64,000 nucleotides of DNA from Chiloscyllium plagiosum. Taxonomy: Eukaryota. Both the position numbers and the translations under genes were made by a program. Shown in pieces: positions 12,663 through 25,862 of this stretch. The DNA lies in NCBI RefSeq assembly GCF_004010195.1, contig NC_057756.1, forward strand, positions 1,340,672-1,404,671, read 5' to 3'. Below the pieces are notes generated by a model. That model made no database searches, was not told the DNA's origin, and saw nothing but the letters and a program-made list of their open reading frames with translations. How positions within the stretch are numbered: position 1 is the first letter of the stretch; every line of letters starts with the position of its first letter.

Positions 12663-14727
12663 ATGCTACTTTTACATTGGCCAGAGTTCCAGCTTTACTG
12701 GGACACTTGTGCTTCTTTCATTGTTTGGCACCTGTGAACCCCAGCAATAATATTATTCAGGCCCTTCTGCCTATTAACAGGAACTGAGAACTATCTTGTG
12801 TTCCCCTCTTTGTGATCATTAGAGGTTATCTTAACTAATGATCTTACTTTGATAGGAAATCATCGATGAAGAGGCTGAAGACCTTGAAGGGTAGGACATC
12901 ACTAGAGAAGGAATTATGCTATTGGGGCACGATGATATTGTCCCTACCTCTGAACCAGAAATGTCATGACCTGCCTGAGGTATATAACAACACCTATAAA
13001 TATGCTGATTCGAAATTCTTTGCAGCATCCACAATGTTCAGCCGTTTCATGACACTGCTTGGAATGAATCACCTTATTTAAAGACTGGATTCTGCTTAGA
13101 GGTTGACTACTTGGGTTCCCTAATGGATCCATCCATTTCATAAATTTGGTTAAAGCTGGGTGCAAATAGTTTCTGTTGGCCTTTTCATTCATATGCTGGT
13201 CTCTCTCTCACTGCTAAGGATAGGTATATCTCTGGAACTTCCATCTCCTGTCAGTTTTTCAATTAACTGCCATTGTTACGAGATGGAAGTCACGTGGTTG
13301 CAGACCATATGTCTGAGAGTTGGTTGTGGGTTTGCATATAACCAGGTATTGCATCCAGCTTCCACTGTTTCTCGTGCTAGCACTGTATTGTACCATCCAC
13401 ACTTGCCCATAATATTTGGGTGTGCTAAACCGCTCGTGACATGTTTTGCTACATTCTTCTTTGAAACAGAACTGATCTCTCAGATTGATATCAATGACAG
13501 ATTGGGGCAACTGCCCAGCTACGAGGTTAAATATTACCAGTGGATGCAATCCTACTGCTAGAGTTAGCCCACAGCATCTCATGGATGTCCAGATTTGCAT
13601 TGTGATATTTGTTTGGAGTCGGCCCTATTTAGCAAGGTGACATTGCAAATGGAAGATATGCTCAACGTGAAGACGAGACTTCATCTCTGCAATGAATATG
13701 ACATAGACACTCCTAAATATCCAGACATGATAGGACCCATCTGTGACAGGTAGATTGAATAAGGATGAGGTCAAGTAGATTTTTCTTTTGTCGCTTGCTA
13801 ACTGAATGCAGCAGGCACTACCCAATAGTAATGTTCTTTAGGAGTCATTAAACTCTTCCAGTTCAGGGCGCCCAAGCCACTGTTGATGGAAACTGTTATT
13901 CCCCAGCAATTGGTTTTCCTCCAATCGGCGTTCAAATGGAGGGGTACTGAAACGATAACGGAGGGGATACAATACGTTTTAGTGATAACTAGTAAGACAT
14001 TTCCTTGCCTCGAGTTTCACTTGTTGTTATTGATTTCATTCGTCTCAGAGTCAATGTTAATAGTCCCTACTGTACACCACTATGGTGGCACTGCTTTTGG
14101 GTTTGTCCCGAAACGATGGCATTATTTTCTGCGACGTTATATGTCAAATATTATTCGGTGTGAATGATAATGCCAGGTTGCTAGTTGACTTGTTAGTCTG
14201 GAAGCATTCCCATTTTGAGAGCAGGCCCGTAGAATCCAGGAAGGAGTATTTCGCTTTGTCAATAGGACTACTTTTATTATTAGCATTTATAATATCTTAG
14301 TTGATGCCATGCGAGTTAGAGGATTATTACTTTTGTTTCTTTAGACTCCTTAAGGCGTAAATTGGATTACGATGCATGATGTACTCTTGTTTCTTTGTAC
14401 AATGTAATGTTTCGTGAGTTGCTTTGAACTGAAATGGAGTTTCACAGTGGTAGATGTTCATGACCAATGTTATTAAACATGGTTATTAGATCGGCAAAAA
14501 ATTGAGAAAACTGTTAGATGGTGACAAGTAAATTTTCTAAATATGGTCGAAAGTGCATTCCTGATACAAGAGAATACAACAAAAAAGCAGCAAAGAGTAC
14601 GGGCTTCAATTTACTGAAGTTGATGAAGGAGACAGACAAAGAGTTAAGTAAGACAAAGTGAGAGTTCTGAACGTTTACTTGATCGTAATTGTAAAGTCGT
14701 GCAGTTTCAAAAGATATGAATTCAGTT

Positions 14728-14728
14728 G

Positions 14729-14765
<37 letters not shown>

Positions 14766-14793
14766 GAGTCTCACCGCGTGCTCTCTCTCTCTC
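14728..14793. repeat. Compound (TC)n(AC)n microsatellite
   Basis: Directly visible. Confidence 0.95.
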
Positions 14794-16282
14794 AAGAACC
14801 TGACCCCACATCTGCTGGTCAACCATGATTTAATTGTGTGGTGTAAAAATGTCAAACTTAAATCTTCTTCGGTCCCTTTTTACATTCTATCACGGGGCAT
14901 TGGTGCAGTTGGCAGGCCAGAATATATTGCCCACCCTAGTTGTCCTTGAAAATGTGATCATGAGCTGTTTTCTTGAACCCAGGGTGTAGACACATCCACA
15001 ATGAAGCAATCAGGATCTTGACTGGTTTAAAGGAAGTACGCAAGTAATGGTATATCCCAATTCTTCCACACAGTTAACATAAAACAAAGTTTGAGGCAAC
15101 ATATTACCAAAGGAAAAAATATTTATTGCCAAAAAATCTCGAAACCTATCGAGGAAGGCAATAATCAAAATCAAAACAATTAGCCTAACTCATTCCTTGA
15201 ACGTTTAATAAATTATAGGAGAGAAAAAAATCCTTTTGAAACTAAGCACATAGGTATTGAGTTACATACAGAAGAGAAAGGAATCAGTCGAACGCAATAA
15301 TATTTGTTTTAATTTTGGACAAGTGTTAAACGCCAGTGATGGCTGTAAGCTATCGTGCACACCCTTTAATTTTCCACAGAAACTAGCAGGAAATCGACAC
15401 CAGCAATGAGAAAAATAAAAAAAAATGATGTTTTGCAAACTACATCAGAATAATTTAAACCTCGTGATATACAGCGAGGATGCCATTGTCAGAATTACTC
15501 CTACAAAATCGTTTGTGAATTTAACTTACCATCCTTTTCTCGGGAGGCATTTTTATCTAGATTGTTTTGAAAATAAAACATAAAGGTAAGGTCGATTTTC
15601 CCCAAATTCAGAGAGAAGCAATTGGAATAATTATTTTATTTAAATTCATATTTAGCAGCACGAATAGACAAGTATTTTTGTTTATTCGAGAGCTCTTAAT
15701 GTTCAAAGATGCACAGGCTCCAGAAGCAAACTGTCATGTAACGTACTCACTCGCATAGTCTGCTGAGAGCTCGTGGGATGGGTGCTAATTCCAGATATGC
15801 TTTTAATTAGATGCCAGCATGTCTTTTAATAGTGACAGCTATTCAAAATTACAATTTCCACGTCAACTGCCTAACATTGTGTTAGAACATATGCAATGTT
15901 TGAATTTCATGATACCCACCAGCTGCAGCTGCATTCCATCATGAAGACCACTGGCACTATTTAAAACAACGCATCTGGAAAAATGCTTGCCTCTGAAAAG
16001 ACTTATTAATGCATTGTTAACTGTCTGGACTTGATGATTACAAATGTATTTTGATCATTTCCTAAACTTTTTCTGCAATCTTAGTCTTAGTCTCATTCAA
16101 AACATTGTAGTACGTATCTTAAGTTACACTAAATCATGCTCACAGACATGTGACATAAATACTCCTGGCACAAATAAAACAATTTCAAACATTTTTTTTC
16201 AAGTCTCTTAATACTTTTGCTTATCATCACTTCATTAAAAAATGCTTTACTATGTTCCCAATCTTCTCCCATATCAATAAAA

Positions 16283-16660
16283 CCATAAGACATAGGAACT
16301 GAAATTAGGCCATTCAGCCCATCACGTCAGCTCCACCATTCATTCGTGGCTGATAAGTTTCTCAAACCCACTGTCCCGCTTTCTCCCAATAACCCTGATC
16401 ACATTGATACTCAATAATCTATCTCCCTCAATTTTCATTATAATCAATGACCTGACCTCACAGCCTTCTGTGGCAATGTATTCTATCGACTCGCTGCTCC
16501 CTGGTTAAAGAGGTTTTGCCTTATCTCCTTTCTGAAAGGTCTTCCTTTGCCATGCCTTCGTGTTCTAGCCTCTTCTACCAATGGAAACATCTGCTCATAA
16601 TGTTGTCTGCCCACGCCATTCGGTATTCTGTATGTTTAAGTTAGATCCCCCCTCCCTCCT
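16283..16660 (-). mobile_element. Decayed CR1 LINE 3' end
   Basis: ccataagacataggaactgaaattaggccattcagcccatc tail followed by CR1 ORF2 C-terminal antisense sequence (cacagccttctgtggcaatg...). Confidence 0.75.
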
Positions 16661-19199
16661 TGTCATTCTAAATGTCAGTGTCTCTATGCTGGAACAATAT
16701 TTCCTCTTTGCTATTGTCAATTTGAATTATACTGACACTTCAGTAAATGGCAATCTTGTCCTCTCCTGCCTGAGTTCAAAATTCCGAAGCCTGTATCATC
16801 ATGTCCGCACTTTCACACCAAATATGACAGATTTCATTTAGTCCTCACTTTCGGATCATGTCTTAGCAATGTGCCACCAAATTTTGTTGCTCTTGTTTAG
16901 ATTCTCAAATGGCGTTATACAATCTGTGTAGATCGTGTGGGAGGTGAATTATTTGAACAGAAAAAGAAACATTCAAAAAGAAACTTTACTGTTATTGTTG
17001 AAACACTTAATGTCTATAACATGAGGTGGAACCAATGTTTTATATCTTATTTTATTCTGAGGCCCACCCTCATCGTCTCACCAAAATGAAGCCTGCACGC
17101 ATATACAGCTTCTCTACTCTTGGCACAGCAAGTCTACAGCAGAAGCTTATTCATGTCTGCATAATCTTCAGAATGGAAAGTCGCCCTAATTTCGTTGGTT
17201 TACTTCACACAGTACATCAACTATGAAATAAGACACCCATAGACGTCTGTGCTTTTAGTAATTTGGTATTTTTGGAATTCATTTATTTTTTCCCGCAAAC
17301 ACAGGCACTGGATGTCCATTGGTAACTTGTTTGTATTCTCTAGTTTACTCTGCATAACGCTTAACCTTCCTTTGTGATTCATTTAGGGCTCTTGACAAAT
17401 AACAAACATATATTATGTCTTACACTTTTGTCAAGGCTTGAAAATGAATTTCTTATTTGTCTGTGCAACTCAAAAGTTCGTTCTAACGTATTAACACCAT
17501 TATTATAGGTAAACGAGAATTTGTATATCCCACTTAGACTGAAGAGATATGATTTTTATGAATTCGTGCTTTCTAATCGCCATAAGCTTGCTCACCCATA
17601 TTTTGAAGCTTATACAAAATGTCTTTTATTTCTAAAATTATGAAAAATATCATCAGTTTATTTATTAGTTCTCATAACATTGCATCTAATGGTTATGTCA
17701 AATGACAACAATCAATGCATCAAAGAAATAATAGGGAAGAAGATCTCAAATATTACAAAAAACTTTTTCAGTTTTCAATGAGAAACTGCACATTGAAACG
17801 ACTGCAACCGGAATTCAACACAAGACACCATGCAATAGTCTTTCGTTTCAAATGGTGGTAGATTCTGATCTTGTTAAATGACTTATTTTCATCTGAGATG
17901 TTAAATCCAAGTGTTACGATTACAAAGGCCTACATATGTTTTTAGACTCAAGGTAACAGAACTGCATCTGCACTTGTTAATGAATAAGGCATAGATAAAA
18001 AAAAACACTGCATCCAATACTTGAATAATTTAATTGATCTGTTACAGTACTTATAGTAGGTTTAAATTAAGATTCTTCAAATAATCATACACATTCTGAA
18101 GTAGTTATAGATTCATGCATATTAAAACACACTAAAACACTAAAATAAAAGATTGAAATAAAATTATGAAAGCAAACCAGTCTCAGACATTAAAGGCACC
18201 CCCCATATCATTACAGGGAGAAATGAATTAGAGGTAGAGAAGTAGCAGATATTGAAATGCGCGTTGAATAATTACAATGTAAGGCACCCACAAATAAAGA
18301 TCAGGGTGTCTCGTCAACACTATGAGAAAGAAACTTGCTGGCTGAAGAATTATAACTTTAGGTGTAATCACGTAATGTTTTTGAAACTGACATTACAATA
18401 TTTAGTAAAAGTCAGTATTATTTTGCATTTCCTGTAATGAGGTTAATAAGGAATTTTAAAAAGGTCCTAAATTGATAGTTGAGTATCGAATTAATGGCCA
18501 GTTAACATGGTGCAGCTCGCAAGTGTCTGGGAAGGAATGTACTTGAAAACTGTCCTTTGTGAAGAGTTCCAAGAAGGAAGATGCTAACATGTGGGAAGCA
18601 TCATGAGGCTATCAAAGACCGAGGGTTGACCACAAGCTTGTCCATCTCTATCCGTTCAGCCATATGATTATATTACATGGAAATGTATGTGACTAATTTA
18701 TAATATGATTGGATGTAAATGTTAATGGCGGAATGAAAGATATGTCAAAAATGCATGTTTTCCTTTGGTAATTTTCAGTTTAGTTTCAATAAACGATTTG
18801 ATGCTGGAAGTTAACTCCTGACTGTTGATTGATTCATTTGTCATTCCACTTCAACACTATCTTACCACTAATATTAGTGTAAGGGCTGATAGACGACTTG
18901 TATCCTTACTTTCTGCCACCTGTGACTTTTTAGTTCCAGTCAGAACAGTTCTACGTCTCGTTTTTTGGGCCAATATAATTTCTTGCTTTTGGACTGATTT
19001 CATCATTCGGCAATAAAAACATACATCGCTTTCCTCTTGTCCTTATAATTTAATACAATCAGCTTCTCTCTAATTGAGTAGTTCGGTTTAAAGTCTGTAC
19101 TTTACCTTTCTGTGTGCTTTTTTTAAAAAAATATTGATTTAAAGTACAGTGTTCAGACAAGATACAGGCAAGATTCAGAGGAAGCAGGCACCACAGATT

Positions 19200-19490
19200 A
19201 TCCCAGCATTTATAACCCATCCCTAATTGTCCAAATGGCAGTTAATAGACAACAACATTGTTGTGCTTCTGCAGGTACATGTAGGCCAGGCTACAAAAAG
19301 ATGATAGCTTTCCTTCCACAAAGGACATGAATAAACTAGATATTTTTTGTTCAAAAATCGACTATGGTTGAATTGTCATCAGTAGACCCTTATTTATATA
19401 ATTGAAATTCCACAATTTGCCATAGCAGGATTTGAACCCAAGTCCCCAAAATGTTAGCTGAACATCTGGATTAATAACCCGTGATAGTAC
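19200..19490 (-). mobile_element. tRNA-derived SINE (same family as 59443-59785)
   Basis: The reverse complement has a ggacttgggttcaaatcc B-box head and the ccagcatttat..cccatccctaattg tail shared with the LINE at 640. Confidence 0.6.
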
Positions 19491-20214
19491 GTAGCCTCCT
19501 CTGTTGGATCCTCCAGTCACCCTCGTTACATACTCTACTTTCGTGTCTGCAAACTACATTCCATGATTCAGTTAGAACCTTTAGCATTGAACCCTAAGGT
19601 TGAGCTAGACCTAACCAGAGCAATCCACTGGAATCTAACGATTACCTCTGACCAACCCTTTACTGTTTCGAGCTGACCTGACTAATGAAATCACACCCAC
19701 CCCCTTGTCCATCCGTATAATCTCACCGCTCACTTCATTGCACGTCTAGACACTTGGCTGTTATCTCAAACAAATTGTTGGATTAGTGATGACCCAACCA
19801 CACTCTTCATCTTTAAGCGATCTTTTCTAGTGTAATTGGCAATTCTTTGCCTCCTCCTACCTCGACATTACTTGAGTACCTCTTGCAACCAGACAACAAG
19901 ATTCTGGACCATTTACACTTATCCATACAACCCATTGAATGCAGACCTGACCGGAGGACAATGCAAAGTGGAATAGATGACTCATTCAGCCACAAGGTTT
20001 CCTGACTAAATGACTGCCTAACCGATCTGATTGAACTATCCTCTCGTGGCTGCCCACTCATAGACCAACGGTCCTTATGTATCTATCCTAGTTTTCATTG
20101 GGCCATCTTATCACTCATCTCTCCCTCGATATACCAACTGAACTCACTTACTCAATATTCCACCTCACCTCTTGACCCCAAGTTTTAAATAGTCCACGTA
20201 ACAACTAGCTCTTC

Positions 20215-20500
20215 TATTACATTTTATTACATTACATTACAGTATGGAAACAGGCGCTTCGGCCCAACAAGTCCACACCGACCAGCCGAAGCACAACCCA
20301 CCCATACCCTATATTTACACTACGGGCAATTTAGCATGGCCAATTCACCTGACCTGCACATCTTTGGACTGTGGGAGAAAACCGGAGCACGGGGAGAACG
20401 TGTAAACTCCACACAGTCAGTCGCCTGAGGCGGGAACTGAACCCGGGTCTCTGGCACTGTGAGACAACAGTGCTAACCACTGTGCCACCGTGCCGCCCAC
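20215..20500 (-). mobile_element. HE1 SINE, full length with small internal deletions
   Basis: Intact head (minus strand ggcggcacggtggcacagtggttagcactg...cccgggttcagttccc), V-domain and (attac)n tail. Confidence 0.95.
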
Positions 20501-20704
20501 TTACAAGTTCACCGGTACATTAATTAGTTTTAACATTTCATCAAAAATGGGCATTTCTCTTGTTTACCTTTTATTGTCCTGAGCTCCAAACAATTTCACA
20601 TTAGACCCTTTATAAGAAAACAAAGATTGAAATTCTAAAAAAAAATTAATGCATCTATGGCATAATCAAGCCAAGTGCATTATTGAATGCAACTGTTTCC
20701 CATA

Positions 20705-20920
20705 AGTGTAGTCCCTATTGTTTTGCCAGATAGTCGGGCTGCTGTCCTATTCAAGAAGGATGATTGATGGTAGTTTGAACTGGGTGGCACAACGCCTGAA
20801 GCGAGGGGCTAGGTTGAGAAGGAGGGTTCATCATGGAAACCTCAGCAGATGTGGTAAGTGAAGCCATGTTGTTGATCACACTGTGCATTGCAAACTTAGT
20901 GCCCAGCCAACTGATTTAAT
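20705..20920 (-). mobile_element. Decayed tRNA-derived SINE, third family
   Basis: Minus strand starts with an A-box-like tcagttggctgg, then ctgaggtttccatga...ccttctcaacct..ccctcgc. Confidence 0.45.
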
Positions 20921-21709
20921 CAAATCCGTAATCAAGTAAGACAATCACAAAGATGACAAAAAAATGTCAAAACAATCATGATAGAGAATGATGTGAGGCT
21001 TTTTTTTTACCATTCTCCTTTTGTAGCAAACTTTCTCCTGTGAGAAACAGAACCAGTTGAAAACAAATATTGATGAAACGAATTTGGAAAAATTTGGTCA
21101 AAAACAAATAACAACATGGAATGAAAAACCTACAGTGGCAATTGTCAAAATCATCAAATTGAAGCATTAAACTGTACATATGATTTTGTTTCTACTTCAC
21201 CAATTTTAGGGAATATTCTAGGATTTTAAAGTGAGAGCAATGATTTGATTTCGATGCACCAGTTTCAAAAATGATTTCACAAGGCAGAAACAGGAAATGT
21301 TGTTATGCAAGTCATTACGACAGGCATTATCATGCAGGTGAAGTCATGAGGATAATCAAGGTGTACTTGCGCATAAGTAAAACATTTTTAAAAATCCACA
21401 CAAAAAGGCCAATGACCAAATTCTGACCTAATCAAATCTTTGAAAAATTATTTGAATCAAGAATTCCACTGCACATCCTCAAAATACATGTCATTCCTTT
21501 TTCAGCACATGACAATATCATTCATGAAAGACATTACATACATTATGAACTGTGAGTCCTCTCCACTCCCCTTTGAAGTAGAACAGACGGACATGGCCGA
21601 TGTCTGGACAATTTTCAGAATTGATAGCAGAAAAATGAGTCAGTAGGTCTGGATGCATCTTTCGAGAAAAAACGAATTTAACGACTTGAGCTCTCAAACA
21701 CTCAAATCA

Positions 21710-21850
21710 TTCTTAAGCTAGCAGCCCAGACCATAACTTTGCGATGTCTTTTGGTAAGTGTACAGTGTAAATTACCTGGAGTGAGATGGCTCGGTTGAGT
21801 ATTAGATTTTAAAACAGACAGAAATGTATTCAAAAAAATTACACAATGAA
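21710..21850 (-). repeat. LTR fragment (family of element B)
   Basis: gcagcccagaccataactttgc...gagtgagatggct..gttga.tattagattttaaaacagacagaaa matches 22775-22905 and 27685-27800. Confidence 0.85.
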
Positions 21851-23143
21851 CTTCAGAGCAGTTCTTTCAGTTTTTGTACAATTGTGTTTTTTCATCATGC
21901 ATTTGGTCTCACTATTATTTGAAATTGTTTCTAGCTTTCACTGCAGTAACGATTTTCAAAATAGCTCAAAGAAATCGTGCACAATTCCAAATACTCTCTT
22001 TCCAGTATTGTCTAAAGTTCATTGTTACCTTCCACCTGATAATTTCCAGAAAGGCAAGTGCTTTTTTTCCAAATGATACAGTCATACATTAACCGAATCC
22101 ACCTTCATAGAGCGAGTGTATTCTTTCACTCCATGCTTCAAATTCCACATCACTGCATTGCGTAAAAAAATCAAGTTGAAGCAAAATACCTTTTCTTTCA
22201 ATTATACCTGTTTGCTCTAGAAGTTTTCGGAGCATGCCAAGTTCTGAAAATAAAACATATCAGCTCACTCATTTGAATAGGAAAGATTCAATTACTTGTA
22301 TTTTACTTTCGTTTAGATTTCCCTGGAATTTATCGCAATATTTCTCCTTTGAAAATAATAAGTGGTGATGACCTATCATTACGTTAATGTAGCAAAATTT
22401 TGAAATCAGTCAAATGGACTTATTTCTTATTTTTGTATTATCATGACATGGCTAACAAAATTATTTTACGATGATTGATAGTTTGATGAGAGATAGATCT
22501 TATGTACTTCATGCATCCATGATGTGTCAATAAAATTATGGAGAAAAAATAAGCCAGATTATATAATTTCAAATCATGGAATGTTAGTATGCTAGCATTT
22601 GATATCGTTTGAAATCTGTAAATAAAATTGCATTTTCACCTGCGTACCCATTTTTGAATGTGTGAAATTTGATAGCATAGAGAGTTGTAGAATAGATTGA
22701 AATTCCAGAAAAAAATGCATCAGTTGAAGGGAATGTTTATGGACTAAGGCAGAACACTTAAAACATTCTTAACCAGGCAGCCTAGACCATAACTTTGCAA
22801 TTTATTTTGGTCAGCGTTCAGTGAAAATTATCCGGAGTGAGATGGCTAGGTTGACTATTAGATTTTTAAACAGACAGAAATTCATTCAAAACATTACACA
22901 ATGAAACACAAAGAACAGAATAAACAACCATGACTGAACTCTGTCTATTCAAACTAGACTTTATTATACTGTCCCATATATACACAATAGTCCAAATCAA
23001 CAAATCCTCTTAACGACCAGTTTAAAAAAGGAACAGATGCTTAATGGTTGAAGTTAAAAGGGCAGAAAGAGAGATAGAGAGTTTCCACACAGCTCACTGT
23101 TGAACTCCCATCTAGTTCTGGACTGAACTGCTCAGCTAGAGAG

Positions 23144-23701
23144 TCAAGATTAGAGTGGTGCTGGAAAAGCACAGCAGGCCAGGCAGCATCCGAGGAGCAG
23201 GAAAATCGATGTTTCGTGCAAAATCACTTCATCAGGAATGAGCTTGGGAGCCTCTGCGGTGGAGAGATAAATGAGAGGAGGTGGGGCTGCGGACAAGGTA
23301 GCTAAGAGTGCAATAGGTGGATGGAAGTGGGGATGAAGGTGATATGTCGGAGGGTGGATGGAGGTGGGGACGAATGTGATAGGTTGGAGGTGGATGGAGG
23401 TGGGGATGAACGTTTTAGGTCGGAGAGTGGATGGACTTGGGGATGAAGGGTGATATGTCAGAGACAGATCCCTACTTCATCAACCAATTGCATTCTTAGC
23501 TACCCTCTCCCCAGCCCCACCCCCTCCCATTTATCTCTCCACCCCGAAGGCTCGCTGCCTCATTCATGATGAAGGGCTTTTGCCCAAAGCATCGATTTTC
23601 CTGCTCCTCGGATGCTGTCTGATCTGCTGTGCTTTTCCAGCACCACTCTAAACTTGACTCTGTTCTCCAGCATCTGCAGTACTCACTTTCGCCACTTTCA
23701 C
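23144..23701. mobile_element. Penelope-derived fold-back insertion with two degenerate hammerhead motifs
   Basis: Inverted arms at about 23139-23333 and 23469-23661. TSD ctgctcagctagagag (23128-23143) / ctgctcagcgagagag (23702-23717). The uninterrupted site is visible in the sister LTR near 28030. Confidence 0.85.
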
Positions 23702-23904
23702 CTGCTCAGCGAGAGAGCTGACCACTCCCTTTTCATTATGCACGTCTCTTCTATAACATGAACAATTTGGTCTGAAGTCTCATCTGTTTACATATAAACA
23801 AAAATGCCTCTCACTATCCTTTAATCTCTGTACCAAACCAGTCTAATCAGAGCCTGGTCCGTTTACGACTCATCTGAAAAAAATCAAGGACACAGATCTC
23901 GGCT

Positions 23905-25230
23905 AATCTGTAAGAATAGTAGAATGGTTATGGTGTGGGATTCCCAAACATAGAATTGGACTGCCATTGTGTTAAGGGATTAGATGGAGTGGATTTGTTT
24001 AAGTGTGTACAAGAATAGCTGCTATTCAGTTTGTGGATGTACGTCCTAGAGAAGGTGCAAAACTTGACCTACTCTTGGGGAATAAGGCAGGTAAGGTGAG
24101 TGAGGTGTCAGTGGGGGAGCACTTTCGGGCAGCGACAATAATTCTAGTAGTTCCAAAATAGTGATGGAAAAGGATAGACCATACCTAAAAGTTGAAGTTC
24201 TAAATTGGAGAAAGGCCAATTTTGACGGTATGAGGCAAGACCTTTCAAAAGCTGATTGGGGGCAAATATTCACAGGTAAAAGGAAGGCTGGAAATGGGAA
24301 GAATTCAGAAATGAGCTAACGAGCACCCAAATAAAGTACATTCCTATTAAAGTGAAAGGAAAAACTGGTAGGTATAGTGAATGCTGGTTGGCAATAGAAA
24401 TTGCGGTTTGGTTAAGAAAAAGAGGGAAGCATATGTCAACTGTAGACAGGACAGATCGAGAGAATCCTTAGAATAGTATAAAGGTAGTAGGGGTATACTT
24501 AAGAGGGAAATTAGGAGGGCAAAGGAGGAAATGAGATAGCTTTGGCAAATAGAATTAAGGAGAATCCAAAGGGTTTTTACAAATACATTAAGGACTAAAG
24601 GCTAACTAGGCTCCTCAAAGATCAGCAAGGCAGCCTTTGTGTGGAGCAGTAGAAAATGAGGGAGATAGTAAACGAGTATTTTGCATCAGTGTTTACTGTG
24701 GAAAAGGACATGGAAGTTATTGAATGTAGGGAAATAGATGGTGACAACTTGAAAAATGTCCATATTACAGAGGAGGAAGTGCTGGTATCTTGAAACTCAT
24801 AAAAGGGGATAAATGTCCAGGACCTGATAAAGTGTACGCTAGGAAGCTCGGGAAGTGATTGCTGGGCCTCTTGCTGAGATATTTTTATTATTGATAATCT
24901 CAGGTGAGGTGCTGGAAGACTGGACGTTGGCTAAAGTGGTTTCACTGTTTAAGAATATAAAAAGGAATGATATAAAAGAGACCTAAGGGGCAATTATTCA
25001 CACAGAAGGTGGTGCGTGTATGGAATGTGCTACCAGAGGAAGTGGTAGATGCTGGTACAATTGCAACATTTAAAAGACATTTGGATGGGTATACGAATAG
25101 GAAGAGTTTGGAGGGATATAGGCCGGGTGCTGGCAGGTGAAACTAGATTGGGTTGGGATACCTGGTCGGCATGGACGGGTTGGACCGAAGGGTCTGTTTC
25201 TGTAATGTATATCTCTATAACTCAATAGAG
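23905..25230 (+). mobile_element. CR1 LINE, internally deleted, inserted in an LTR
   Basis: LDLLLGN, FGQ.DHNS-like endonuclease end, LNWRKANF, RIKENPKGFYKYI, LEDWTLAKV, then a jump near 24955 to FTQKVVRVWNVLP and the ggaccgaagggtctgtttc tail. Confidence 0.9.
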
Positions 25231-25555
25231 TTACTGTATATCTCTATGACACAGCATCCTTGAGAAAAAGAACAGTTTTTAGGAAAAAGGGACCAGCTTT
25301 ATAACACCTCCCCACAAAATATTGAATCAACAATACCAAAAGATAGCTTCATTTTTAAAATCCTTCAATAACAAACTGGTTAATCATTTAAAACACACAT
25401 ATATACTACACAAACTACAAACAAGCAAAACCACATGCAAACTCAGGCCATGGTACATGCTCCATCGAACGCCTTCATATCACATGTGAATCTCAATAAT
25501 GCATCAGCAATCAGGTTTTCGCGACCTGCCACGTCAAATTTAATGGATGTAACAA

Positions 25556-25862
25556 TTAGATTAGATTCCCTCCAGTGTGCAAACAGGCCCTTCAGCCCAA
25601 CCAGTCCATACTGACTCTCCAAAGAGTAACCCACGTAGACCCATTTCCCTCTTACTAATACACGTATCACTATGGGCAATTTAGCATGGCCAATTCACCT
25701 GACCTGCACATCTTTGGACTGTGGGAAGAAACCAGACAACCCAGAGGAAATCCACGCAGACACGGGGGGAATGTGCAAACTCCACACAGGCAGTCACCCG
25801 AGGCGAGAATCGAACCTTGACCCTGGTGCTGTGAGGCAGCAGTGCTAACCACTGAGCCGCCA
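25556..25862 (-). mobile_element. HE1 SINE inserted in the RNase H of element B
   Basis: Head, V-domain and attagattagatt tail. It explains ORFs 25670-25852 and 25681-25863. Confidence 0.93.

Larger units (their letters stand above)
11300..14350 (-). mobile_element. Old CR1/L2-group LINE (endonuclease and RT remnants), interrupted
   Basis: Minus-strand remnants such as AEMKSRLHVEHIFHLQCHLAK and WTSMRCCG, plus the same 3' region as 640-1000 near 11350-11500. Many stops and frameshifts. Confidence 0.6.

Noticed and set aside
20400..20500. tRNA-like A/B boxes
   Set aside because: They are the head of an HE1 SINE, not a tRNA gene.
23315..23465. Regularly spaced repeats considered as CRISPR-like
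   Set aside because: Head-to-tail minisatellite without unique spacers, in a eukaryotic retroelement, with no cas genes.
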